DNA of 64,000 nt. Source: Trypanosoma brucei (Eukaryota). The notes under the pieces were generated by a model that had not been told where the DNA came from, ran no database searches, and saw only the letters and a program-made list of their open reading frames with translations. The stretch covers positions 256,001 to 320,000 of the forward strand of contig CP000066.1 in assembly GCA_000002445.1 (NCBI GenBank). The letters are read 5' to 3'. Positions 54,454 through 64,000 of the stretch are shown here, one piece after another. The translations under genes and the position numbers were made by a program. Numbering within the stretch: the first letter of the stretch is position 1; every line of letters starts with the position of its first letter.

Positions 54454-55366
54454 TGAAAAAAAAAATAGATAGATGTGCTGACAAGCCTACTTCTGAAAGC
54501 GTCTAAGTGCGCGCTTCAGTTGTATGCGGATAGAAAAAACGAGTGACATTGCGCCCACTGCGTGTGGATGGACGTGTGGAAGGAGGGGCGATAGTACGTA
54601 TATGAGTGTAGGTGTGTGGTAATTGATTAATTAACGCGAACCATGGCAGTGGAGCAATCACATCCACGCGATGGCGTATGAGGTGGAGAGTGGTTACATC
54701 AAAGATGGGTATAAACATGTAGACGAAGGGCAGAGGGAGGTAAGTGAAAGAAGATATGTTTGCATGTTTATGAAAGTGACGGATGGAAAGAGGGAGAACC
54801 CAGCAGATTCATCAATATTTTTATTTTGATATCAGCGAATATGAGTGTTCAGTGTTTAGCGTTTGTTTGCGGACGCGGGTATCGTCCTCCCCCGTGCTGT
54901 CTCCTTTCTTTTGCTTCCCTTACCGCCCTTCCCTCCCCAGCTTGATTGTTTGGTTTTTTTTTTGTGGGCGTGCGCTTCTTGTTCCGCCCTTCCCTCTTTT
55001 CTTGTCCCCTTCTCCACTCTTCCCATTTAACAAATAGGCGAAGGGCGGGTGCCACTACTCCCTTCCATAGCCTTTTGTTAAGTGCAGCTTACACGCTAGC
55101 CAATGGTGAGAGAAAATGAATGATCCAACAAAACTGAAAGGAACTTACATATCACAAAGGATGCCTGTTTAGTTGGTAATGACGCCTTGTCACGTGGTAG
55201 TGGTGTCAAGATAGGCAAGTGCCGTCAATACACGCGAATAATTCTCTTTCTTTCTCTTTCTCTCTTCTCTCTGACTGTTTGGTTTTTGTTCTTAACTCTA
55301 GTTCACTAGCGTCAGCTCAGAGGGTTCGTTTCGTTGCTCGCGCTTTAGCTGTTTTTTTTTGCCCTC

Positions 55367-55621
55367 ATGCTGATTCCAGTCCGTTGCTATTCATGCGGAA
55401 AAGTGGTTGGGCACCTTTACGAACTATACCAGGAACTGCTCAACCAAGACCACACGGAAGCTGAGGCTCTGAACGCACTTCGGTTGAGCCGCATGTGTTG
55501 CCGTCGTATGATTCTTTCTCATATTGATCTTGCAGACGATTTACTGCCGTACAGTGTGCCAGTGGTTGGTTCAATGCCGCTGATAAACCCGGTTCAAGGA
55601 CCGGTGCCACGCCGGCAGTAA
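55367..55621 (+). CDS. RPB10: DNA-directed RNA polymerases I/II/III common subunit RPB10 (RPABC5)
   Basis: MLIPVRCYSCGKVVGHLYELYQELL…RMCCRRMILSHIDLADDLL matches RPB10 (MIIPVRCFTCGK…RYCCRRMLLAHVDLIEKLL) including the CX2C…CC zinc bundle. Confidence 0.85.
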   Translation: MLIPVRCYSCGKVVGHLYELYQELLNQDHTEAEALNALRLSRMCCRRMILSHIDLADDLLPYSVPVVGSMPLINPVQGPVPRRQ

Positions 55622-56144
55622 TGCAACTTATGATTCGCGTAACCGTTTAAACGAATGTGGTTGAGTGGGTTTTGTGTTCGTTTCCCCCGTCCTTGCGGTT
55701 GTTGAAGGTGCTGAAGTGATCTCGAGGCGGTTGAGTAGAATCATTTTCATTGCCCCAACCTTCCCTTCTCGACCCACCGTTTGTGTGTGTGTGTGTAGGA
55801 GGAAAGAAGATAAATAAATGGATGAGGGAGAGATTCAGCGACACATTTTCAGTAGGGACATTGTCGAGCACTCTATTACCTTACAACCAACCAAACAAAC
55901 AAACACGCACATAGATATGCACAACCTCGTCGTCTGCATGTGTTCACACGTATTTGCGTGCTTTTGTTCATGTTCCTCTGCCACTCTCCTCTTCTCTCCT
56001 CTTACTTAACTTTACCTCCCCCTCCCACGCGTGCTCCCTACTGTTGTAGGGGGAAACAACACTCAATTCACAACTGTGTGCCAACAGAGTGCGCTGAGCG
56101 GGAATGTTTGTTGGAATTGTTGTTGCTGTCGCTATTATGGTGTG

Positions 56145-56146
<2 letters not shown>

Positions 56147-56178
<32 letters not shown>
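56147..56178. repeat. (TA)16 microsatellite upstream of the PPP4R2-like gene
   Basis: Seen directly. Confidence 0.95.
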
Positions 56179-56180
<2 letters not shown>

Positions 56181-56231
56181 TCCCTTCCAACTGATCTTCC
56201 ATTCCACCCTCTCACATGATTCCTAATCATT

Positions 56232-56852
56232 ATGTCTATTAACTTTTCAGCACCATATTTAGTAACCGAGATGGAGGAGAAAGTGGTGACTTCGCTTCCC
56301 TCCGGTGATACCGCGAGTGGAAGCGGCGAGTCCACCGCCTCACCACCAATTGTTATTTCAGCTGCCGTACCGTACACGGAGGAGGAAAAAAAATTACTGA
56401 CAGAACAACTACGCCGACACCAGCGGCAACAGTCGCAAGGTGATGACGATAGTTCATGGAATGAGACGACGTTACCTTTTATATCTTCCATGGTGGAGAA
56501 GGTGTTGCAGCTAGCCGCGCAAAATCGTGAATCAGATAGCACGAAAGATAGTGGTAGTGGTGATGAGAATAAGCCGCAAGAAAAGGCAAATGCAACTGAC
56601 GACGTCGCCGGTGCAGATGCTGTTTCCAAAGTGGATACGTTTGTTGAGGATAACGACTATGTTTTGGAACAACTACGGCTGCAACCATGGCCTTTCTTCA
56701 CGCTCCCGCGTTTGTGTGAGATCCTTGCCGATCCATACAAGTACAACAGCATTGGTGACAAACTACGTGGTGAGAAGCTCCAGTCAGCCATTCGTCGTTG
56801 TGTCTTGGTGTCGGCCCCACTGAACTGTGATGTAAGGAACAATTCTTCATAG
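56232..56852 (+). CDS. PPP4R2-like protein (conserved core of protein phosphatase 4 regulatory subunit 2)
   Basis: C-terminal block PFFTLPRLCEILADPYKYNSIGDKLRGEKLQSAIRRCVLVS parallels the PPP4R2 core [37 protein letters not shown]. The acidic/Ser-rich N-part is unalignable. Confidence 0.5.
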   Translation: MSINFSAPYLVTEMEEKVVTSLPSGDTASGSGESTASPPIVISAAVPYTEEEKKLLTEQLRRHQRQQSQGDDDSSWNETTLPFISSMVEKVLQLAAQNRESDSTKDSGSGDENKPQEKANATDDVAGADAVSKVDTFVEDNDYVLEQLRLQPWPFFTLPRLCEILADPYKYNSIGDKLRGEKLQSAIRRCVLVSAPLNCDVRNNSS

Positions 56853-57262
56853 AGTTGGCCGCATTCAGAGCGTGAGGAAGTTGGAAAAGGGACAAGATTA
56901 GGTCTTTATGTTCTACAAAACGTTTTCGTTGGAGTAGAATAGCACAAACTAGAAGAAAAAAGAAAAGAAAAAAAGACGATACCCCGTGCTTTCGTGCTGT
57001 CATATTGGTGTTGGTTTGTTCCAACGAAGGTTTTATGCCCACCTGTATCATTTCCTCCACGAGGTCTTCCTCTTTGTTTTTCCTTCCCCACTTTTTGATT
57101 GGCTCTTCCGGTTTTTACATTACCTCATGCGCACGTGGTGAAGTTTCCCACACTTTGGAAAGGGAAAGGGGGAACCAATAGCGGAACAATACGTGTTTGT
57201 TTTCCCGTCTTTCCCCCCAAATTTGTGGTGTTGGTAATTTATACCATCTTCACGAATAAGGC

Positions 57263-58954
57263 GTGTGGAGGAGTGGAGAAGTTTTTAGATACTTAATATC
57301 AGGTTTTAAAGAAAACAAAAATAGTGGAAGTATGGTTGAACCGCACTTATTTTGTGGTCCAGAGTTCACACTGGAAGTTCCTTCCGAGTTGCCATTGCCT
57401 GTTGAGCCCAATATTCTTCTTCAACTACAGTCGGAGTTATATAACCTTCTCACCCCACTCGTGCGCCACAAACTTCACGCAACATGGGGAACTGGAACAG
57501 GTAGTTGTGACGGCACTGTTCCACCACCGCCCTGTGAGCTCTGCTTTGTAGAGGTGGTGGAGTCATCACCAGTGCCGGATCCCGGCGCTAGGGAAAATGA
57601 GAAGGACAACGTATCTAACGAAAAAAATGAAGCAACTGCTAAGCTGGTATTACGCATCAAAGACTCCAGAGCAGCTAGTGAATTGTTTGTTATTGGGCTT
57701 CGCAATCCTTTCATTACACTACCGCACGGCATACGTTTGCACAACCGCTGTGGTGGAAGCGCAGTGGGTACTGCGAAGGCGCGTGCCACGCCAGTTGAGA
57801 TCCTCCGCAAGAAGGAGTTATTGCGTTCCCGCATGAATTTTGACGAGGACTTGTGGGAACTGCTTCAAGGGAGCCTTACTTCTGAATGGTTGCTAGCGTT
57901 AGAGGAGACATACAAACAACACAAACAGCAGCAGAGCTCTAACCATGAGGCAGTCACATCGCTGCGTGAGTCTCAACGCCACGAACGGCGGGTGGAGAGT
58001 TTGCTCCACTATTGTGAGCAGAATGTGCTCTACATTGGTGTGATGGACGAGGAGGGGAAGGCTACTCCCTTTTTGCTTGCCATCGGAGCTTTTTATAAAC
58101 TTGGCTTAACCCGCCATGATGCACTTGTACACTTTGCGCGTCACCACCGTCGAACCATTCGTGCGCTGGCTCTCTTTATTGCGCGTTACACCACAGCACC
58201 AGAGGAGTTGGAGCCATTTTTTACACCGTCCTTGACCGATGAAGTGGTGGTGGCATGCGCGGAAGATCAGCAGGTGACTTGTTCCATGCGGCAGTTGGCT
58301 GAGGATTTGTTGCTGCATGATGAGGTTTGCGAGGCATGGCCTCCTACGCTGCACCCGTTCTGGATTGAACACACGGTGCGACCCATGATGTTGCGTGTGG
58401 AGGCAGATCGCAAGAGGCGTGAGGAGCTTTTCCAAGAGCGTGAGAGTGGTGTTGCAACTGAAAAAGAGCAGGGGAATCGGACTGGAAGCGGGAGTTCGGC
58501 CCCAGGGGGATCGGGCAAAGGTGTTGGTGTGTTTGGTTTTTGTAATATCATGGAGCTTCACGCGTACGTGCGTGAGAAACAGCGTGTGTTGGTGCCGCAG
58601 CGGGTGCTATCGATGCTCAGTAAACCCCGAGGTGGTGATAGCGGTGATCGAGATTACGCGGATGATGGTGATGATGACGATGATGATTTCCTCATCAAAG
58701 TAAGGGTTGAAGGAGATGGAGATGCGGAGCAAAATGCATTACACCACCAAAACAAGAGGGGAATAGACACAAAGCAACCGAAACAAGGGCAACAACAATT
58801 ATCTGTGAGGCAGGGAGACTCCAGGAAGAGGAGGCGCCAGGGGACCACAACTGCTCGTTCGTTGGCCGTGACTGGCGCGTACCGCACCATTCTGACGTTG
58901 CTTGGTCGAACCGAACCCTTTGATCCGCATTGTGAGCATTTTCTTCAGTTCTGA
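57263..58954 (+). CDS. Hypothetical protein, 563 aa, with acidic D-rich and Q-rich stretches
   Basis: Long + strand ORF. No motif recognised. Confidence 0.55.
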   Translation: MWRSGEVFRYLISGFKENKNSGSMVEPHLFCGPEFTLEVPSELPLPVEPNILLQLQSELYNLLTPLVRHKLHATWGTGTGSCDGTVPPPPCELCFVEVVESSPVPDPGARENEKDNVSNEKNEATAKLVLRIKDSRAASELFVIGLRNPFITLPHGIRLHNRCGGSAVGTAKARATPVEILRKKELLRSRMNFDEDLWELLQGSLTSEWLLALEETYKQHKQQQSSNHEAVTSLRESQRHERRVESLLHYCEQNVLYIGVMDEEGKATPFLLAIGAFYKLGLTRHDALVHFARHHRRTIRALALFIARYTTAPEELEPFFTPSLTDEVVVACAEDQQVTCSMRQLAEDLLLHDEVCEAWPPTLHPFWIEHTVRPMMLRVEADRKRREELFQERESGVATEKEQGNRTGSGSSAPGGSGKGVGVFGFCNIMELHAYVREKQRVLVPQRVLSMLSKPRGGDSGDRDYADDGDDDDDDFLIKVRVEGDGDAEQNALHHQNKRGIDTKQPKQGQQQLSVRQGDSRKRRRQGTTTARSLAVTGAYRTILTLLGRTEPFDPHCEHFLQF

Positions 58955-58992
58955 ATACTTCTGAAATTATTCGGTCTTTCATTCAACTGGCT

Positions 58993-60522
58993 GTGCAAGA
59001 AGGGTTACGAAGTGTGCTGATGCGATTATCAGATGTTCTGAATGCCCGACTGCCTGTGATGATACTATCTCACCGCACAACCAATTTTCCTAGTTCGTGT
59101 GTTGCAGTTCATGTTTTCTGCGAAGACTTCATAATTTTCATCAGATGGCGGTTAACATGTTTTTCTTCGCCCACTTTTGTCTTGAATATAGGTAGTGATC
59201 TTGCTTTGGATAACATTTTCGATTTCTTGATTAAAGACATTGCACTTAATCGTGGGGCAGCTTATCTTCTTTGTCCTGTGCATCGTTTTTTATTTATGGC
59301 TGATGCTTCTGCACTTGAAGAGTTACGAAAGGAGCGGCAGCGGCGGTACGCGCAACTTTCCCGGACCGAAAAGCCTCGCATCGAGCCGTGTTGCCACTGT
59401 AATGAACCGCCGTATAAAGAGCGAGTATGTCCCGTTACGGGAGTTTACCATAATCACGACAAACAGAAAATAGTCGGGGGTTCTGTCGTCAACTCGAACA
59501 TCGTTAACTCTTCTGAGCTGATGAAAGCCATTGAACTCTCACGTGTGCGGTGGGCGCCCAGCCGGACCAAACTCGTTCGGGTGGATGTCACTTCCTTGAA
59601 TCTGTTTCAAAGTTTTGTACGACAGAGCGGCTGGGCAGTTCAGCGATGTGGTATTTTGTACGGCAAGTACGATTCAGCCGAGTCCACGATAGAGGTTCAT
59701 GCAGTGTACGAACCAGAGCAGGAGGGAGGCTTACAGAAATTTATTTGCCTACGTGATAGTCGTGTCGGGACGGTAGATCGACTGGCGGAGCGGTTGGGTC
59801 TCCGGCGCGTGGGCATGGTGTGTACACATCAGGCAAGGGATCCAGATAAAATGGTTCTTAGCGGATACGAACTGCTACTCTGTGCTCGAGAGCAGTCCCG
59901 TTTTGGAGATGAGTGTGTTTTGTTGACCATGAGTCCAAGCATCACCACCGGACGCATTGAGTGCCAGGCATGGCAGGCGTCCCCACAAGCTGTGCACTTT
60001 TACAGACTTGGTACCCTCACCGAGAAACTTGACGCTGACCCAAGAAACAGTACCGTGGTCACAGGCACTGCCGATGGGTTTTGTGGGGATGAAATTCCGA
60101 GCCATTTTGTATACAGTAGCATTTCACTAGAGGTAGCTCAGGAACAGACAGACGACAAAGGGCGCCCGCAGGTGATTACCAAGGCCCCAAGTAAGGAGAT
60201 TGATACACGCTGGTTTACAAGTTACGTGGCGGTTGACCCGTTCGACTCACACGTCGTGAAAAATTTGTTTGTACGTATCTCCCGACCAGGGATGGATCCA
60301 CCGACGATTACAAATCTCCGCAATTACCTGAAGGATCCCAAGAGGGCCGACGTGCCGATATTGCAGAAACTTGCTGACTTTCACGTGCTTATTTTTCTTG
60401 CCTTTGATGTCTTTTCTGGCGTTAATGAGGTACTGACTATCATTGATGCGATAAAAGAGAATAGCCTCGCACCGCTTGCCGAACCGCATGTGAAAACACT
60501 GCAGTTGCTCATCGAAAGTTAG
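58993..60522 (+). CDS. NPL4: NPL4 homologue (Npl4 zinc finger + MPN-like domain). The probable start is the internal Met at 59296 (MADASALEEL…).
   Basis: CCHCNEPPYKERVCPVTGVYHNH zinc-finger region. MPN core QRCGILYGKYDS…IEVHAVYEPEQEG…RLAERLGLRRVGMVCTH matches NPL4 (QRMGFLYGRYTE…AIYEPPQ…AAKLGLRKVGWIFT). Confidence 0.75.
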   Translation: MQEGLRSVLMRLSDVLNARLPVMILSHRTTNFPSSCVAVHVFCEDFIIFIRWRLTCFSSPTFVLNIGSDLALDNIFDFLIKDIALNRGAAYLLCPVHRFLFMADASALEELRKERQRRYAQLSRTEKPRIEPCCHCNEPPYKERVCPVTGVYHNHDKQKIVGGSVVNSNIVNSSELMKAIELSRVRWAPSRTKLVRVDVTSLNLFQSFVRQSGWAVQRCGILYGKYDSAESTIEVHAVYEPEQEGGLQKFICLRDSRVGTVDRLAERLGLRRVGMVCTHQARDPDKMVLSGYELLLCAREQSRFGDECVLLTMSPSITTGRIECQAWQASPQAVHFYRLGTLTEKLDADPRNSTVVTGTADGFCGDEIPSHFVYSSISLEVAQEQTDDKGRPQVITKAPSKEIDTRWFTSYVAVDPFDSHVVKNLFVRISRPGMDPPTITNLRNYLKDPKRADVPILQKLADFHVLIFLAFDVFSGVNEVLTIIDAIKENSLAPLAEPHVKTLQLLIES

Positions 60523-60669
60523 TGTGTGTGTGTATAGGGTGAAGTGGGGAAAATGAAGGCAATCATTTTGATATTCTTTATTCATACGATATCACTGTGT
60601 ATGCGAGGAGAACCCGTCCGTTTTCATCTTTTTTTGTTATTTGTGTTATTGAAGAGTATTCTCCACAAT

Positions 60670-60691
60670 TGTGTGTGTGTGTGTGTGTGTG
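60670..60691. repeat. (TG)11 microsatellite downstream of NPL4
   Basis: Seen directly. Shorter (TG)n at 55782-55796 and (TA)n at 16484-16501. Confidence 0.95.
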
Positions 60692-61254
60692 GTGGGTAAC
60701 CCGTGTGATTGTCCAATGGTGACACCCTGACATATTCTTTTTCCAGGATGCGGACGAAGCATTAACAATGATGAGGTTTATTGCTCGTACTGAACCTCTT
60801 CCAAATTTCATGTATAAATATGTCTGGGTGTGCCGGTATATATACAATCCCTCACCTTCCGTTCTTCCTCATTCTTTTTACTCGTGCTTTACTGCGTTTA
60901 ATTTTCTCAGGGTAATTCTCAGTAGTTCTTCCGAGTGCAATTTCAGTTGTATGAGTTCAAGGCCGACGCCTTATATTCACGGTAGCAGTTTGTTTTTATT
61001 GTTTGCTCTTTCTCCCCTCAATACCCAAGAACAAAAACCACAAACAAAATCGTGAGGGGCCAGAGGCCAAGCAATTGGCGAGACGCGGGGGTGAAATCTT
61101 GCGTGTGCACACAAAAGAAGTAAAAGTTTATAGAGAACGCAACATTACCTGCTATAAATAAAGTAAAGACTTGGAGGTGGAGACTGTGGTAAGCATCGGT
61201 GACGCAAGAGCGCTTTAACTGTCGTTTCTTTAATATTTTTATCCGGGTTCTGCA

Positions 61255-64000
61255 ATGTCATCACGGACGCTGTATGATCAAGGTGTAACGCAAGCTCAGT
61301 GGGGTGAGCAGTTGCTTCATACCAAACCGTGCGTAAATATTCAGCTACCACAGCCGGAACATTCACTTCACCGCGAGGCCAGTGAGGCAGAGCGCGATAA
61401 AGCGTTGAAGTCGGCTTTAGGCATGCTGAGCGCTGTACTTGCTCGATCATCCGGGAACACGAAAGCTATCGTTGATTCTCCCGCTTTCGTGGCGAAATCT
61501 GTTGAATTACTACTACAACTGCTCTGCACCTCTTCTTTTCCGTCGCTCCCGCATCAACATAATCCTTCGGCATCACCGGCACCCCTGTCAACGGTCCCGC
61601 CTATACAACAGCAGCGGTGGCTGAAAATCGATTTTTGCGATCGAGAATATTTTGTTGATTCTGTCTGTAGGAACGTTCGCACACTTGTTGAACTAGACTG
61701 CGGCCCGCACCTCTTCGCCGAACTGGAGCAATGCCTAAAGGGGTACGTCACATCCATGGTGGAGTTACTTACGAGTAGTGGGGAAGATGGTGTGACTGCC
61801 GATGTGTTATTTGTGCGTCTTGCTCATGCATGGGGCCATTACTACCTAGCCGTTGCGGAGCTGCAGGAGGTTTGGGTCTACTTCGACCGCTGGTACGTGT
61901 TTAAAACACATGCAGTGAAGTCTATCGAGGGGTTGGCTATTGAAATTTTGCGTGAGGGGCTGTTGCTTCACCCCTGGCTTCTACCACGTGCGCAGTTGGG
62001 ATACCTGGATTGCCTCAGTCGTGATATTGTTGTGCACGCAAATAGCAGTGTAGAGAATAGCAACGGTGACGGTTGGAACTCTCGTCACGAACTTCGGCTC
62101 TTCACAGACCTGTGCGCAGCAGTGCAGGTGTATTTCTTGCGCGTGGAGCCGGAGATTGTGGCATTGGTGGGGAAGTTCTACATGGAAGAGGCAGATCGCA
62201 TGTGGAGTGCAGGTGTTCCCGCTGGAATATTCTTTGCTAGAGTAGAGCAGTTTCTGCTAGAATGTCGGGAGCGCGTGCGCGTCTGCTTGGTTTCTTACTC
62301 CTTACCAAAGCTTGAAAGCGTTACTCAGAGCTCTTTGCTGCTTACTCACGGCGTCGCCTTCCTCGAGCGTGATTTCGCAAATCTGGCAATGGAGAAAAAA
62401 TACGACTGCTTCCGTCTTGCGTGGAGGCTTCTTGCTTCGGGGAAGTATGTGCGTCTCGGTAAGCAGTGCAATGCCGTTTTCCGCGCTTATATACTGCAAC
62501 AAGGACTGTTAGTGATGCAACGATTTGCTGCGAGATCGGTGGAGAGGGATGTATTTGGGACCGTCAAAGCAATGATCGAGCTCATGCACCGTGGTGAAAC
62601 TATAATTTCTGAAGGGTTTCCTGAGGATAGTGCAACATTTTCCATACAGTTGCGTGATGCGCTAACTGAAGTCTTGCAAGGGCATCAGATGGAGTTTGTT
62701 GAGCAGTTAGCCCGCTACTTAGACTGGGTGGTGCGTGGAAGTGACACGAGCACCGCGCTTGGGCAAAGTGATCATAGTGAAAGCAAGCCGATGGCCACCG
62801 CTGATGGAAGCAGTGACGTTGGTGGCGTCCTTAAGCTTCTGGATGATATTGGTCGCATCTATTCTTTATTTCCGTCCAAAGATATTTTCGAAAAGTTGTA
62901 CTGGAGAGATCTTGCGCGTCGGCTCCTTCATCACCCGCGAGGAACGCCATGTGTGGACGTGGAGGGGCACTTTATTCAGATTCTGCGTGAAATCGTTGGA
63001 ACGGATGCGGCAAAGTTCGAGGGAATGGTTAACGACCTCATGTCGTCGCAGGAGTTAAATGAGCGATTCCGGTTGTGGGTAGTAAACAAGCACACCGAGG
63101 TGCCGCCGTTATCTCCCCCACCCACGAGCGTGGCCAATGAAGAGGATGACCAGACGGAGACACCTCAGCCGAAAGCACAACACAACAATGAAGGATATGA
63201 AGAGGAGGAGGAGAACCACGAGGCTGTTGAAGCCGCGCTCGCCGCAGTAGACGTGAAACTGAACGTTCTCACGGATGGATACTGGCCAAAGCAAACGCCA
63301 CTGAGTACCGAGCTACCCCCACAGTTGCGCGTTTTAGCCAAAAGTATGGAAGTTTTTTACCGAAAGTGCTTCGCTAAACGCCGTTTGATTTGGTTACATC
63401 AGCTTTCTTCCGCTGTTGTTAAGTCGGCAGTCGGTAACTCAAGGCGGCAATTGTCAGGAACTCTTGTACAAGCGAACGTGCTGCTCGCCCTGCAAGAAAT
63501 TATAGATGCAGGGATGCATTCGGAGCAGTTATGCGTATCAGTTGGCGAGATTTGTGGTCAACTTGGGTTGGATATCTCATTGCCTGACGTTGTTGGTGCT
63601 ATTCTTGGTCTGTGCCATCCCAAATTTCGGTTACTTCTTCGCGCTCCCGGTTCCGGTACGGATGGCTCAAACCAACATGGGAGTGATGACGCCTCCGGTT
63701 ATGGGTCTTCGGTTGGTGTTGTGGCTGCCACCCTTCTCGGTACTGATATCTTGCGCATCAACCACAGCTTTAGTGTTCCGTCACAGTTCTGCCGCATTCC
63801 GTTCCTTGGCGCTCGCCGCCGCGGAGGTGACGGAGCTGTTGACGAGAGAGCTGCTGATACCGACGGAGAGCAGACAATGGAAGACATAATGAAGGATCGA
63901 GTGCATGTCGTAGATGCCGCCATTGTTCGTTTGATGAAGCAACGTCGCCGCGCGAGTCACGAAGAAGTCATGGAGGAGGTACCGAAACTCGTGAGGTTTC
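61255..64000 (+). CDS. Cullin (5'-partial; the ORF runs off the end of the window with no stop)
   Basis: Frame-1 ORF from ATG 61255 is open to 64000. It is absent from the ORF track only because it is unterminated. Cullin-repeat N-terminal region, cullin homology region, and near the end the neddylation/winged-helix block VDAAIVRLMKQRRRASHEEVMEEV (consensus IDAAIVRIMK.RK.L.H..L). Confidence 0.85.
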   Translation, partial: MSSRTLYDQGVTQAQWGEQLLHTKPCVNIQLPQPEHSLHREASEAERDKALKSALGMLSAVLARSSGNTKAIVDSPAFVAKSVELLLQLLCTSSFPSLPHQHNPSASPAPLSTVPPIQQQRWLKIDFCDREYFVDSVCRNVRTLVELDCGPHLFAELEQCLKGYVTSMVELLTSSGEDGVTADVLFVRLAHAWGHYYLAVAELQEVWVYFDRWYVFKTHAVKSIEGLAIEILREGLLLHPWLLPRAQLGYLDCLSRDIVVHANSSVENSNGDGWNSRHELRLFTDLCAAVQVYFLRVEPEIVALVGKFYMEEADRMWSAGVPAGIFFARVEQFLLECRERVRVCLVSYSLPKLESVTQSSLLLTHGVAFLERDFANLAMEKKYDCFRLAWRLLASGKYVRLGKQCNAVFRAYILQQGLLVMQRFAARSVERDVFGTVKAMIELMHRGETIISEGFPEDSATFSIQLRDALTEVLQGHQMEFVEQLARYLDWVVRGSDTSTALGQSDHSESKPMATADGSSDVGGVLKLLDDIGRIYSLFPSKDIFEKLYWRDLARRLLHHPRGTPCVDVEGHFIQILREIVGTDAAKFEGMVNDLMSSQELNERFRLWVVNKHTEVPPLSPPPTSVANEEDDQTETPQPKAQHNNEGYEEEEENHEAVEAALAAVDVKLNVLTDGYWPKQTPLSTELPPQLRVLAKSMEVFYRKCFAKRRLIWLHQLSSAVVKSAVGNSRRQLSGTLVQANVLLALQEIIDAGMHSEQLCVSVGEICGQLGLDISLPDVVGAILGLCHPKFRLLLRAPGSGTDGSNQHGSDDASGYGSSVGVVAATLLGTDILRINHSFSVPSQFCRIPFLGARRRGGDGAVDERAADTDGEQTMEDIMKDRVHVVDAAIVRLMKQRRRASHEEVMEEVPKLVRF

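Noticed and set aside
1-64000. CRISPR arrays, tRNA/rRNA/snRNA/SL-RNA genes, bacterial-type promoters and terminators
   Set aside because: No regularly spaced direct repeats with unique spacers. I could not find tRNA T-loop/acceptor patterns or SL-RNA/5S signatures by eye. Apart from IS10, the window is eukaryotic, so bacterial promoter/terminator calls would be meaningless.

Overview
This 64-kb window is kinetoplastid (Trypanosoma-like) nuclear DNA. I base that on a dense, intron-less array of about 26 protein-coding genes, all on the + strand (one unidirectional polycistronic unit), separated by pyrimidine-rich spacers ending in AG, with (TA)n/(TG)n microsatellites and homopolymer runs in the spacers. 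No tRNA, rRNA, snRNA or CRISPR feature was recognised. Products recognised from conserved motifs: an EFHC1/Rib72-like DM10 + EF-hand flagellar protein, an RF1-type peptide chain release factor (GGQ), an ICMT/PEMT-family membrane methyltransferase, a DEDDh 3'-5' exonuclease, IFT38/CLUAP1, Ran GTPase, DNA polymerase delta subunit 2, a SURP-module splicing-factor-like protein, a GPN-loop GTPase, a TAP42/alpha4 homologue, a 2,329-aa repetitive Ig-like (ASH/MSP-type) giant protein, Sec24, an SLX1-type GIY-YIG nuclease, a 948-aa RNase III-domain (Dicer-like) protein, PP2A-type phosphatase catalytic subunit, RNA polymerase subunit RPB10, a PPP4R2-like protein, NPL4, and the 5' three-quarters of a cullin that runs off the window. 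The clear anomaly is an intact 1,329-bp bacterial IS10 (IS4 family, Tn10-type) at 5056-6384. It carries a full-length 402-aa transposase and is flanked by a perfect 9-bp target-site duplication (AACTTGGTA). It sits in frame inside the EFHC1-like gene; deleting IS + one duplication copy (1,338 bp) restores a single uninterrupted 779-codon ORF. The most parsimonious reading is an E. coli-derived cloning/propagation artefact rather than horizontal transfer, but it is the one thing in this window that does not belong to the host genome. Secondary observations: a 191/192-bp near-identical dispersed intergenic repeat (28023-28213 and 43391-43582), an ORF-poor GC-rich 3.8-kb leader at the 5' end, and adjacent complementary homopolymer blocks. 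A TAP42 / PP2Ac / PPP4R2-like trio lies within about 30 kb.
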